A stretch of 63,968 bases of DNA, counting the filler, from Malassezia furfur (Eukaryota), in assembly GCA_052055015.1 (NCBI GenBank). It is 6 parts of 6 records of this genome, joined end to end, with 100 filler letters (N's around TTAATTAATTAA, not from the genome) between each part and the next. Parts side by side here need not be neighbours in the genome. Positions count along the whole stretch, not along the records: positions 1 to 11,158 come from JBQJIT010000368.1; positions 11,259 to 22,408 come from JBQJIT010000369.1; 4 more parts are not named here. One strand, 5' to 3'. The notes beneath the pieces are model-generated. The model was not told where the DNA came from. It searched no databases and saw nothing but the letters and a program-made list of their open reading frames with translations. The position numbers and the translations under genes were made by a program. Within the stretch, counting starts at the first letter, position 1, and each line of letters starts with the position of its first letter. Shown here piece after piece: positions 1-11,942 of this stretch.

Positions 1-2
1 CC

Positions 3-797
3 GTCCCGACCGAGACGGCGGCCGCGACACGGGGCCGGCCGCCCAAGGACCGTGCGCCGCCCACCGAGGTGGCGTTGGCGCGTGGCGCGCGACCCGAGGA
101 CCTCGAGCGGCAGCACCCCAACATGTTTGACGGCGTGTGGCACTGCGGCAACTGCGGCATGCCCGGCTATCTTGCGCCCGGGCGCCGCAAGGGCCCCGCG
201 GGTGAAAAGACGCTGTGTGGCCCGTGCGGCAAGTACTACCACCGCCACCGGCGCATGGAAAACGTGACCTACACGCGCGACCCGGCGTACCACGCCAAGC
301 GCCTCAAGCGCATTACGGGACACGGCGAGTGGGGCGTCGACAGTGCCGACATGGGCGATGCGCATGCCGGCGACGCCGGCGATGCACCTGGCGACGCAGC
401 AGCGCATGGCACGCCAGGGCCTGCCGACGATCCGGCGCACGGTGCCCACGACGAGCACGACGACGATCCGGCGCACGGCGACATGTCGTTCCTGGGCGAC
501 GACAGCGACAGCGAAGGAGGTGATGCGGCCGCGCCCGTGGCGCCCGCGTGGCTCGTGCAGGCGGCCGAGGCGTCACGACGCAAATACCCGAACGACTGCT
601 TCCAGATCCAGCTGCGTCCGCGCTTGCCAGACATGCCGCCGCCCGCCGAGGAAGAATGGCGCATCCGGTGTGCCGACTGCCCGGGCAAGGTGTACAAGCC
701 CGGGCCGGGCGAGTCGCTGATCAACTTTGAAATTCATCTCAAGAACCGCAGTCACCGCGCAGCGGTCGCGCGGCGTCTGGGAAACATAGGGAACTAG
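3..797 (+). CDS. SNF5: C-terminal part of basidiomycete-type SWI/SNF subunit Snf5 with GATA-like finger and terminal Zn finger (5' partial)
   Basis: WHCGNCG...RKGPAGEKTLCGPCG is a GATA-like C4 finger. The tail EWRIRCADCPGKVYKPGPGESLINFEIHLKNRSH resembles basidiomycete Snf5 C-termini as recalled. The SNF5 core itself is outside the window. Confidence 0.65.
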   Translation, partial: VPTETAAATRGRPPKDRAPPTEVALARGARPEDLERQHPNMFDGVWHCGNCGMPGYLAPGRRKGPAGEKTLCGPCGKYYHRHRRMENVTYTRDPAYHAKRLKRITGHGEWGVDSADMGDAHAGDAGDAPGDAAAHGTPGPADDPAHGAHDEHDDDPAHGDMSFLGDDSDSEGGDAAAPVAPAWLVQAAEASRRKYPNDCFQIQLRPRLPDMPPPAEEEWRIRCADCPGKVYKPGPGESLINFEIHLKNRSHRAAVARRLGNIGN

Positions 798-908
798 TGT
801 ACATGCCCTATCGCGCGAGCGCCCCCGACCCCGCGCAGCGTGGCGCGCACGGAGCACAGCGGCCTCCACCTGCGCGCCGCCGCCGCGTGCGGCTGCCTCC
901 ACGCGACC

Positions 909-1568
909 ATGTCGTGCTCGCACGAACACCACCACGCGTGTGGCCACGCCCACGACGACGAGGACCATGTACGGCCCGGAGAGGGGCAGCAGGACTCGCT
1001 GTATGCGTCCATTGACCGGGACAGTGTGTCGGCGTTGAACGAGCGGGTCGAAGGCTCGGTCCGCGGGATTGTGCGTCCATTTGACGAGCGCATGCGTACC
1101 GACCTGGTGCTCGAGTCCGACGTGGACGACGAGCTGATCATTCACATCCCCTTCACCGGAAGTGTCCAGCTGCGTGCGCTGGTCCTGCGCAGCGGCCCGG
1201 GGCCATCGACGCCTCGTGCCATCCACCTCTACAAGAACCGCGAGTCGCTCGACTTTGACGAGGCCGCGGACGGCAAGCCGAACCAGAAACTCGAGTCGAT
1301 CCCCGACTCGAGCGACGTCGTGGAGATCCCGCTGCTCGCCGCGCGGTTCCCCGACGTGCAGAGCATCACGCTGTACATCCCCGGTGCGCTGCGCGCCACC
1401 GAGGGTGCAGACCCCCGCGTCTCAATTTCGTATCTCGGCTTCCGCGGCGCCTCGCGTGCAAGCCAGCGCGGCGGGCCCGCCCAGATCGTGTACGAGTCCG
1501 CGCCACGCACCGCCGACCACCCTGTGCGGGGCACCGCGGACGCCGCCCGCCACGAGAACGACACGTGA
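909..1568 (+). CDS. PITH domain protein (PITHD1-like)
   Basis: His-rich N-terminus, then SLYASIDRD...LESDVDDELIIHIPFTGSVQLR...SLDFDEA...ISYLGFRG...YESAP; ATG at 909. Confidence 0.9.
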   Translation: MSCSHEHHHACGHAHDDEDHVRPGEGQQDSLYASIDRDSVSALNERVEGSVRGIVRPFDERMRTDLVLESDVDDELIIHIPFTGSVQLRALVLRSGPGPSTPRAIHLYKNRESLDFDEAADGKPNQKLESIPDSSDVVEIPLLAARFPDVQSITLYIPGALRATEGADPRVSISYLGFRGASRASQRGGPAQIVYESAPRTADHPVRGTADAARHENDT

Positions 1569-1623
1569 TCCATAGGTTGCGCGACGTAGGACCCGATGCC
1601 TACCATCGGGCACCACGGTCAGG

Positions 1624-4309
1624 ATGCCGGCGGCGCTGCGCGGCGTGGGGGTGCGATGCTGGCACGCCGTGCGCAACTCTCATGTGTACCTGACCTTTTA
1701 CGTACGTGAGTCGACTCATACAGCGCGTACACATGCTGTGGTATTTGTTTGTGATTTTTGTCGCGTCCGGCATCCTGTACGGCGCGCGGGGTAATTCGTC
1801 CATGGCGTACATCGACTGCCTGTTCACGAGCACGGCGGCGATGACCGTCACGGGGCTCGTCACGGTTCCCGTGTCACAGTTGACCCTTGCGCAGCAAATT
1901 GTGGTGTTTGTGTTGATGATCATGGGAAACCTCATCATGGACAGCTTCCTCATTGTGCTCCTCCGCCGCTACTTTTTCGGTACCAAGCTGCACCGGTACA
2001 CGCGGCACAATGCAGGCGCACGCGCGCGTGCTCGAGATATCGAACGCCAGGAGCAGCTCCGGCACGAGGCAGAGCTTGCGCGTGTGCGCCGCTTCTTTGC
2101 ATTTGGGCCACGGAAGCGTACGGACGAGGCGCACGGTGGCGACGAGAAGGCGCACCCGCCGACCCACACCACGCAAGACCCGTCGGCTGTGCCACGCCCG
2201 GAGACCCCCGCGCACGATCCGCTACACGAAAACGCCCCGTCTGATACCCCGCTGCGCTCCATCTTAACCCAAAACCCTCACTTTGTGGGTGATCCAATGC
2301 ACAGCGGTGCGCCTCCGAGCACCTCTGCACCACTCAGCACACCCGCCCCGCTGCACGCTGCCGACGAGCGGATACAGCCGGCACCGACGCCCGATGCCCA
2401 ACCGCGACATGTCCACGTCGACGAGGCGGCCGCACCACCGATCCCGCCGGACGGGGGCGAGGACGAAGAAGACTATCTGCCGTGGCACCTCCATGGCCTG
2501 CACCGCCGGCGCATGGCACGCCCACGCACGTCGCTGTCCGCGCGCGCAAGTTCCGTGCTGACCGGAAGCGACATTGCGGCGATTCCTGGTACGGCGCTGC
2601 ACCAGATCATGATCCGCAACAAGAACAAAGGCCTTGGCGACTTTCCGACGCCGGTCGACCTGGTGATGGGACTGCTGGAGTCGTTCCGCGTGAAGCACAA
2701 ACTCAAGACGCCCGAGTCGTGCACGATGGTCGCCGAGCCGCTCACTACCGAGACCGAAGCGACTGCGGAGGGCGAAGCCGTGCACCATGCGCCCTACCTC
2801 ACGTTCAATGCACGTGTCACTGGCAACTCGCACTTTACGGGGCTCACGCATGCGCAGCGCGTCGAGCTGGGCGGTGTCGAATACCGCGCACTGGACGTCT
2901 TAGCGTGGCTCATCCCCATCTACTGGCTGACATTTGTGGTGCTGGCGCTCGTCATTTTCACACCATACATGGCGAGCAAGCACGCAGCCAAGATTCGTGC
3001 TGTGCTCAACGACCAGCCCAAACCGCCCCACAGCGCGGAGTGGTACTGGGTCTTCAATACCTTCTCGTCCATCACCAACGCGGGGATGACATTGGCAGAC
3101 TCGAGCTTTGAGTATGGATTGCGCGACGCGTACGCAATCATGGTGCCCGTCACAATCTTGGCGCTCGTGGGCAACACGGCATACCCTGTGGTGCTGCGCG
3201 CGGTGATTTGGATCATGTCGCAGTGCGTCTGGAAACAGTCACGGCTCTACGAGACGCTGCGCTTTTTGCTGGACCACCCTCGCCGATGCTTTTTGTACCT
3301 GTTCCCACAGGGCAACACACTCTTTTTGCTGGCGCTCATCATCATCCTAACCCTCATTGACTGGTTTTTCTTGCTGATCCTTGATTTAAACCGGCGCAAA
3401 TCGGGTGTGCCCATCGGCGCGTGGGTATACGACGGCCTCTTCCAGTCGCTGGCAATCCGCTCGGCCGGTTTCCAGACCTTCCACATCCTCGACCTTGCGC
3501 CGGCCGTCCAGATGCTCCAGGTGTTCATGATGTACTTGAACGATTTTCCACTCACCATGGCTGTTCGTACAACCAACGTGTTTGAAAAGGAGAGCCTGGG
3601 GAAGGAAAACGACAAGGACCCGCTGCCAGAGACCGGCAGGAGCAGCGGCGGCCGCGTGGTATGGGGCCGCTTCCTTGCCGAGCAGATGCGGCGCCAGCTC
3701 GCGTTTGACCTATGGTGGATCGCCATTGCGGTTTGGATCGTGTTGATCGTGGAGCAGGCCAAGATCGAGGAGCAGGAAAAATACCCCAACCTGACTGTGT
3801 TCACCATTTTGTACGAGATGATCTCGGCGTACGGCACGGTCGGTTTATCCTGCGGCGCACGATTCCACAATACGTCGCTGAGCGGCGACTTTAGCACCTT
3901 TTCCAAACTCATCATGATTTCCGTCATGGTGCGTGGCCGACACCGTGGATTGCCCGTGGCGATCGATCGAGCGATCATGCTTCCGAACGAGCTGCTCGCA
4001 TACGAAGAGTCGCACAAACTCTACTTCTCTGACTCGGACGACAGCTCGTCGGACTCATATTCGTTCGAAGAAGCCGATGAAAACGATCAGCATGGCACTG
4101 GCGACGGAAACGAAGGGCCGCAGTCCAGTCCTACGCAGGCTCCGAATCCGCTGTCTACCACTGACGAGGACCAACGCAGCCAAGAAGTGCCACTGCAGCC
4201 AGTCTGGTCTCACCGCGGCGCCGCTCGCAGCCACTTTCATCTCCCTCCCACGGCAGGACCCCAGGGTCCCACAAATGGACCACAGCCAGACCACGGCTTG
4301 TACTTGTAA
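1624..4309 (+). CDS. TRK1: Trk-family K+ transporter, paralog A
   Basis: Exon 1624-1701 plus a 22-nt intron (1702-1723) gives LTFY|RVH. Pore motifs TVTGL, TNAGM, RSAGF, AYGTVGLS; also ELGGVEYRA, FLLDHPRRCF, RGRHRGLP. Confidence 0.95.
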
Positions 4310-4628
4310 ATAGGTTGGTGGATGCATCGTCTCTCGGGCATTCCCTTTGTACTGTAGAAATAGTTGAAATACGAGGCTCAAGGCACCGGGTTAGTGCTTG
4401 ACATGCTTCACGAACAAAAAAAAAGCTTATACGCATGGACCGTTTGTGCCAAATGCCGGTATAGATGCACAGCACGTCACATTCAAATCACGTCCGTTGT
4501 CCATAGCGTGCCTGAGTGGTGGCCCATGCGCCTGTCCGGCAGCACGAGCAAAATCGCGCAAGCGCCACGTGGCAGAATGCTGCGCAGGGCCGTGCGGAGA
4601 AGCACGTTGGACACGGGCACACGTCGCC

Positions 4629-7128
4629 ATGGAGACTGGACAGGATGCGGGAGAGCCGGAGGCGCCGTGGAGCGCAAGCCGAGATGTAGTGGGAGGGATA
4701 CGACAGTTTTTTCGACGGTACATGAACTATTATGTACGTCAAAACACTCATTCAGCGCGTGCACATGTTCTACTTTGCCGTCACAATATTGGCTGCGTCC
4801 GGCATCTTGTACGGCGCGCGCGGGAATACCGATATGCGGTACATTGACTGTCTGTACATGGCCACGTCCGCCATGACCGTGACTGGACTGGTCACCGTCC
4901 CAGTATCACAGATGACGCTCGGACAGCAAGTGGTGCTGTTCATCCTGATGATCATGGGCAATTTGATGCTCAATAGCCTGTTTATGGTGCTGGCCCGCCG
5001 CCGATTTTTTCGAAGCAAGATCGATACCGTGTTTCAGCGGAGTGCGACTGTTCGGGCCCGGATGCACGACATCGAGGAACAAAACCGTCGACAACGCGTG
5101 ACGGACACGGAAAAGGTCCGGAGGTTCCTGGGTCTGGGCAAGGACGAGCCCGCAAAGGTCCCCTTTGCGGTCCAATCGCCGGCCTCCGACTCGATCCAGG
5201 CTCGCGGAGAGCAGCGACGCCAACGTCTCCATGCAGGCATGGTCCATCGCACAGACGAACCAGCACGTCAGGTCAACCCTACAGGTCATGCAACGACCAT
5301 GGTTTCGTACGAGCGGATGGTGGACACGGATGACCCCCATCAAGGCAGTCAAGCAGACGTTCATTACGAGAACGATGCCTTTGGAGATCAGCAGGCCGAC
5401 GAAATGCACGCAAATGCCAGTGTACCCCGGCGCATGCCTCCGCCGGAGCACCTCGGCAACGCCGACGCAGGCAAGAAGCCACAGCGTGTGCAGACCGTTT
5501 CGTACGCTGATCCGCTTACATCTCGGACGGTTCCAGTTGAGGGATTGCGTGCTCGGCGCGTAGCGACCGTTGGGACAAGGGAGTCCCTAGCTCGGGATGA
5601 CCAAACAGGGGCGTCGTCGGGCCCCTATGCAGCCCTGACACGAACCTTGTCGCAGAACAAAATCAAAGGGCTCGGAGGGCTTCCCTCACCCATCGAGTGT
5701 GCCTTCATTCTCCTGGATGCACTGCACCTTACGCATCACTTCCGAGTTCCGCGCACGGCCACAATGGCATCGACTTATGCCGACGTCGAGCCGACGACCG
5801 AGGGCGGGGGCAGCGCGGTGCGCCCTGCACCCTACCTCAGCTTTGACGCACAAGTGACGGGCAACTCGCACTTTCCTCACCTAACGCATCTGCAGCGGGC
5901 CGAGCTGGGTGGCGTCGAGTATCGAGCGATCCAAGTGCTATGCTGGCTCATCCCGCTGTTCTGGCTGGGCTGGACGCTGCTGGCGATCGTTGTGTGTACG
6001 CCGTACATGGCCAGCGACAGCGCATTGGGATACCGCCAAGTATTGGGCGAGCAGCCCAAGCCTCCCCGCAACGCGGAATGGTACTCCATCTTTAATGTGG
6101 TGTCAGCCATCACCAATACCGGCATGTCGTTGGCGGACGGAAGCTTCGAAGGGGGGCTGACCAACGCCTACCTCTTGATGATTTTTGTGGGGGGGTTGGT
6201 GCTGGTGGGAAACACCATGTACCCCGTTCTGCTGCGCTTAAACATCTGGATGCTTTCCAAGGCCGTTTCTCAAAGGTCGCCGCTGTACGAGTCGCTGCGT
6301 TTCCTGCTGGACCACCCCCGGCGGTGCTTTGTGTACCTCTTCCCCAGTGGCAGCACATGGGTCCTGCTTGGCACCGTGGTGGTGCTCAATGTGGTCGACT
6401 GGTTCTTTCTCCTGATTCTCGACCTGGGCAAGCGCCACGCGTCGCTCTCCACCGGCACCTGGGTATTTGATGCGCTCTTTCAAGCCGTGGCCGTCCGAAC
6501 GGCTGGCTTCCAGACATTTAGCATCCTGAGCCTGGCGCCCGCCGAGCAGATGCTCCAGGTGTTCATGATGTATCTTTCGGCCTACCCCATAACCATGGCC
6601 GTACGCACGACCAACGTTTATGAAGAAGGCAGCTTGGGGTTGTACGACGACGAGCTGCGCGACGAGGCCAGCGGGGCACAAAGCAGCACCAACGTATGGG
6701 GTCGTTTCCTCTCCGAGCAAGTGCGTCGACAGCTTGCGTTTGACCTTTGGTGGATCGCGCTGGCGGTGTGGACCGTGCTCATTGCTGAGCAGAGCAAGGT
6801 GGAAAATACGACCAAGTACCCGAACCTATCGGTGTTCACGGTTCTGTACGAAGTGATTTCCGCATACGGCACTGTGGGTCTCTCGGTGGGTGCGCAATAT
6901 TCCAACACGTCCCTGAGTGGGGACTTTGGCGTGGTCTCCAAGCTCATCATGATTGCAGTCATGTTCCGCGGACGGCATCGTGGCCTGCCGAGCGCCATTG
7001 ACCGCGCAATTCTGCTGCCCAGTGAGGTGCAGGCATTGGACCGCACACATGATGCGCACATTGGTGTTAGTCGGACAGGCACTGCAGAAGCGCCTGCCGA
7101 GCTACGCAACGGCGTCGACGGCGCGTAG
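4629..7128 (+). CDS. TRK1: Trk-family K+ transporter, paralog B
   Basis: 22-nt intron 4734-4755 gives MNYY|RVH; same four pore motifs and C-terminal RGRHRGLP. Confidence 0.95.
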
Positions 7129-7436
7129 CTGCGACCAACGTACGGCTCGCATGTGTCTTTGTGCAAGTTGAGGGATAGGCATCGCCCGCGTCACCCCTTT
7201 TTGGCAAAAAATGTTCTTGTAAATCGTATCATGTGTATATAAGACTCGCTTGTGTCCCCAAAGGCGCGTCTGGATGAGCGCATCGTGCCCCGGGTCGAAC
7301 TTCTGTCGGATCGACGGGGCAGCGCGTGTCCGATCTGGCAGCGCCCGCAGCACGGACCTCGGGCACGTGATGGCTAGGTGAGTTGTGCTGCGCCCACATT
7401 TTGGCGCGTCGTTGCAGCGCGCGCGCACCGCGAGAC

Positions 7437-10377
7437 ATGGGCTCGGACCTGGACAGCGACTCGGAGGACGAGCCCCAAGGGGCGCTTCAGCGCTTCCAGC
7501 GCGGCTTCCGCCATTTCTTTATGACGTACATGAACTTTTATGTACGTGTAAGAGCTCACGCAGCGTGCCCATATGATCTGGTTTATCCTGGTGAGCTTTG
7601 TCGCGTCAGGCATCATTTATGGGATCCGAGGAAACGGCAATATCGCGTACATTGACTGCTTGTTCATTGCGGTGTCAGGCATGACGGTTACGGGCCTGGT
7701 CACGTACCCCGTGTCGGAGCTGACGCTTGCGCAGCAAATTGTCGTGTTCATCCTAATGTCGATTGGAAATCTGGTCATCGACAGCGTGGTCATCGTGCTG
7801 CTGCGCCGGCACTTTTTCGGAAAAAAGTTCCGGAAAGTGGTCAAGCGCAGCGCGTCCGTGCGTGCGCGCATGCGGGATATCGAGAACCAGGAGCACAAAC
7901 ACCACGAAGAGGAGATGGAGTGGGTGCGCAGTTTCTTTGGCCTGCGGCACATTGAGCACGACATGCACGACCCGCAGGATGCCCAGGCCCAGAAAGAGAA
8001 GCGCAAACCGACTAAGCCCGCCACAGATAAGTCCAAGGGCCATGGATCGGCGAAGCGGCCCAAACTCCATGCCGGCATGGTGCAGCGGATGGACGAGCCG
8101 GCACGGCAGGTGAACCCGACCGGGCAGATGACCACGATGGTCGCCAACCCCGAGCCGCTCGAATTTGCGAGCCCTGTGCTGCAAGGAAGCAATGAGCCGA
8201 TGATGCCCTCCATCCTGCAGACCAGCGACGCGGCGGCAGACGCCCATGACGAGAAGCAAACGCCCAACATTCGCATTTCTGAGCCGACATCCGACGCGCC
8301 CGACCAGGGTATCCGCATCGTCGAGCCCGACCCGCAAAGTACCGACCGGAGCATCCGTATCGCCGTGCCCGCGGCAGAAAGCGGCGAGCCGAGCGTGCGC
8401 ATCCGCGAGCCACGGCGCGACGACGTCTTTTCCTCGAGTGCCACGTCGAAGTCCATGCCGCAGCGACGCCGGTCGACAAGTGACGACGATCGCCCCAAAG
8501 AGGCGAAGCAAATGCGCCGCGTGCACACCGTATCGTTTGTCGAGCAGACGCCCGAGCAAAAGCAAGAGCACGAAGAGCTGCGCCCTACGCGTGCCACCAC
8601 GCTCGCGACCGATAATCCATTTTCGGCTCGGTCTCTGTCGTTTGGGCGCACCAATACGATGCAGACACGCAGCGACACAGTGCGCGCGCCGCATGCCGCG
8701 CTGCACCGGACCATGACGCGCAACAAGGACAAGGGGCTGGGCGGCTTCCCCTCGCCGCTCGAGTGGGCCGTCGGCCTGCTCGAATCTTTCAACGTCAAAC
8801 ACCGGCTCAAGGTGCCGCGGACCGCGACAATGGCATCCGCATGGCCCGATCGTGTGAGCACGATCGAGTCGGACCGGGGCGGCGTGCGGCTGGCGCCCTA
8901 TCTGACGTTTGATGCGACAGTCACGGGGAACTCGCACTTCCACAACCTTACGCAGGCGCAGCGCAACGAGCTGGGCGGTGTCGAGTACCGTGCGATTGAT
9001 GTGCTTGCGTGGCTCATCCCCACCTACTGGATCATGTGGGTGCTGCTCGCGATCATCATCACGACACCCTACATGGTGAGCCAGAGCGCCCAGTCCTACC
9101 GAAACGCGATCGATGACCAGCCCAAGCCGCCGCACAACGCGGCATGGTTCTGGATTTTTACGGTGGTGTCGTCGATCACTAACACCGGCATGTCGCTTGC
9201 CGACGCCAGCTTCCAGGGCGCGCTGCGCAACGGCTACATGATGCTTGTTCCCGCAGGGATCCTCGTGCTGGTCGGCAACACGGCGTATCCAGTGATGTTG
9301 CGCTTCTTTATCTGGCTGCTATCGTGCTGTGTGCGCCGCGAGTCGCACCTGTATGAGACGCTGCGCTTCTTACTCGACCACCCACGGCGGTGCTTTGTGT
9401 ACCTTTTCCCGCGGGAAAACACGTGGTTCTTGTTTGCTCTGGTGATCGTCCTGACGTTCATCGACTGGTTCTTCTTGATGGTGCTCGACCTCGAGATGCG
9501 GCACGAGTGGCCGTCGATCGGCACGTGGGTGTTTGACGCGTTGTTCCAGTCGATCGCGGTGCGCTCTGGCGGCTTCCAGACGTTTGACATCCTGCGTCTG
9601 GTGCCTGCCGAGCAGATGCTGCAGGTTTTTATGATGTATCTTGCCGTGTTCCCGCTGACGATGGCCGTGCGCACCACCAACGTATACGAAGAAGGCAGCC
9701 TGGGCGTGTACGACGACGAAGGGCAGAAAGACGAGAACAGCATCGACGACGGGCATGCAGTGTGGGGCCGCTTCCTCTCGGAGCAGGTGCGCCGGCAGGT
9801 CGCCTTCGATTTGTGGTGGATGGCGCTGGCGCTGTGGATCGTGCTGATTGTCGAAAAGGGCAAGATTGGCGACCACGAAAAGTACCCGAACCTCACGGTG
9901 TTCACCGTGCTGTATGAGATGGTGTCCGCCTATGGCACCGTCGGCCTGTCGTGTGGTGCACAGACCGTAAATGCGTCGCTGAGTGGCGACTTCAGCGTGA
10001 TCTCCAAGCTGATCGTGATTGCAGTCATGATCCGAGGACGACACCGTGGGCTACCGAGCGCGATTGACCGTGCCATTATGCTCCCCAGTGAGCTCCATGC
10101 GTATGACCAGACACACGATGCGCACCTGAACGTACCCAATGCCGGAATCTTGGCGTCCTACCCCACTGCGGGCAGCGACAAAGCATGGGACGGCGACGAA
10201 GACGCGGGCCAGTCGACGGGTGTGCGTACCACTTTTGCCGACGACGACGGGTTGCAGCGCGTGTCGTCACGTCCCAGTGTGACGCCCGCAAGCACCGACG
10301 TCACGCCGACGCCCGAGTCAACGGGTGCGACACCCACGCCCGTGGCGTCCAAACCTACGTCCGTGCACTCTTTGTAA
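7437..10377 (+). CDS. TRK1: Trk-family K+ transporter, paralog C
   Basis: 22-nt intron 7542-7563 gives MNFY|RAH; same motifs; longest cytosolic loop of the three. Confidence 0.95.
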
Positions 10378-10447
10378 ATAATAGCGCCAATTTTTGCGGC
10401 TCCCTTTGAATGCGCGCGTCGGTGCGCCTGCCTCCACCTGCACCGGA

Positions 10448-11158
10448 ATGAATGGGACGACGCTGGTCGAGGCCGCGACGACAACGGCGTCGCTGTCTGC
10501 ATCTGCTAGTGAGGCGGCGACATCGGCGGTCCTTGCCGTCGGCTCGCACGCCGATGCAGTGTGGAGCGATGCGCTGCTGCTGCGTGTGCACCTCACGCAC
10601 GCCGACGTCGCGGGCTTCCTGAAAAGTTTTGCGATCACCACGGTAGGCTGCCGCGTGCGCTGACGCAGATCTCGGAGATTGGGGACAAGACGTTCCTTAC
10701 GAGCGCTATTCTGGCGATGCGACATCCTCCGCTCACCGTGTTCTGGGGCAGCTGGTCTGCGATGATCTGCATGTCGACGCTGTCGAGCCTGATGGGCGCT
10801 GTGCTTCCCGCGCTGCTGTCGCACCGCGGCGCACTTTTTATCAGTGCCGCGCTCTTTCTGGGCTTCGGCGTGGTGATGCTTTGGCATGGCTTCCACATGC
10901 AGGGCGATGAGCTCGGTGAGGAATGGAAAGAGGCGCAGGACGAGATCCGTGCGGACGAAGAGGAGCACGAGCTCGATGAGCTGGAGCGCGGCGAGCCAGC
11001 GACCGGCGTATACCCCCAGGTCACGCCGTACCCCCCCGTGCACCGCGAGTCGACACTGCAGCGCGCGAGCGAAGCGCTGCATGCGACACCAAAGACATCC
11101 GTATCGGCGTTTGTGCGCGAAGGCACGCGCAACCTGTGCGGCCTGTTCTTCAGCGCGA
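10448..11158 (+). CDS. GDT1: GDT1/TMEM165 (UPF0016) Golgi Ca2+/Mn2+ transporter, 3' truncated by contig end
   Basis: 26-nt intron 10643-10668 joins SFAITT|ISEIGDKTF (EIGDKT signature); acidic central loop. Confidence 0.9.
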
Positions 11159-11258
11159 NNNNNNNNNNNNNNNNNNNNNNNNNNNNNNNNNNNNNNNNNN
11201 NNTTAATTAATTAANNNNNNNNNNNNNNNNNNNNNNNNNNNNNNNNNNNNNNNNNNNN
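11159..11258. other. Artificial contig linker (N run, TTAATTAATTAA, N run; 100 nt)
   Basis: The same spacer with six-frame stops recurs at 22409-22508, 33653-33752, 44878-44977 and 56050-56149. Confidence 0.99.
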
Positions 11259-11902
11259 CGGGCGCCTCCTTGACTGGCCCGCGGCGCTCGCGTCCACCAC
11301 GAGCAACAGCTTGGGCACCTGCGTCTGGAACGCCACGGAGGCCACAGGCGTGCCGCACGGCACCACGCGGCGCACCGCGGCGCGCGCGCCGTCCGCCGGC
11401 TCGAGGTCCCACAGCTGCACGCCCTCGGCGCCGCCCACGGCGACGTACTGCTCGTAGCCCGGCGCGGCGCACCACGCCACGTCCTCGATGCGCGCGCCTG
11501 CCGTGCCGAGCACCACACTCGACGACGCGTCGTGCGTCGTCGTCAACAGCCGCAGCTCGTCGCCGACGGCCGCCAGCAACCTGCGTTAGCGCGCGCCTAC
11601 GCACTCGATGCGGACCACGCCGTCCCCCTGGCCGTACTGCGCGCCGGGACTGAACGCCAGCGCCGCCGCGCGCGCGCCCACCAGGAACGACGCGACGCGG
11701 TGCAGCGCCAGGCGCGGGCCCTCGGCGTGCGTCGCGTACACAAACACGCTGTGCTCCGTCGCTGGCGTCAGTGTGCGCGCCACCTACCCACGGCTACCAG
11801 CGTCTTGGCGAGCGGCGCAGTGCTGCACTGCACCACACCCACCCGCTCGGGCAGCTCGAGCACGGGCTGCCACGGCCCCTGGCCGCGCCCTGCCCACGAC
11901 AT
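11259..11902 (-). CDS. NUP37: WD40 protein, probably nucleoporin Nup37 (3' truncated)
   Basis: ATG 11902; introns 11762-11787 (26 nt) and 11581-11604 (24 nt); VASFLVGARAAALAFSP...IEDVAW...VQLWDL resembles the fungal Nup37 propeller. Confidence 0.55.
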
Positions 11903-11942
11903 GCCGGTCCTTCGCAAAGCCGCCCACGGCCTCCACACGCTA

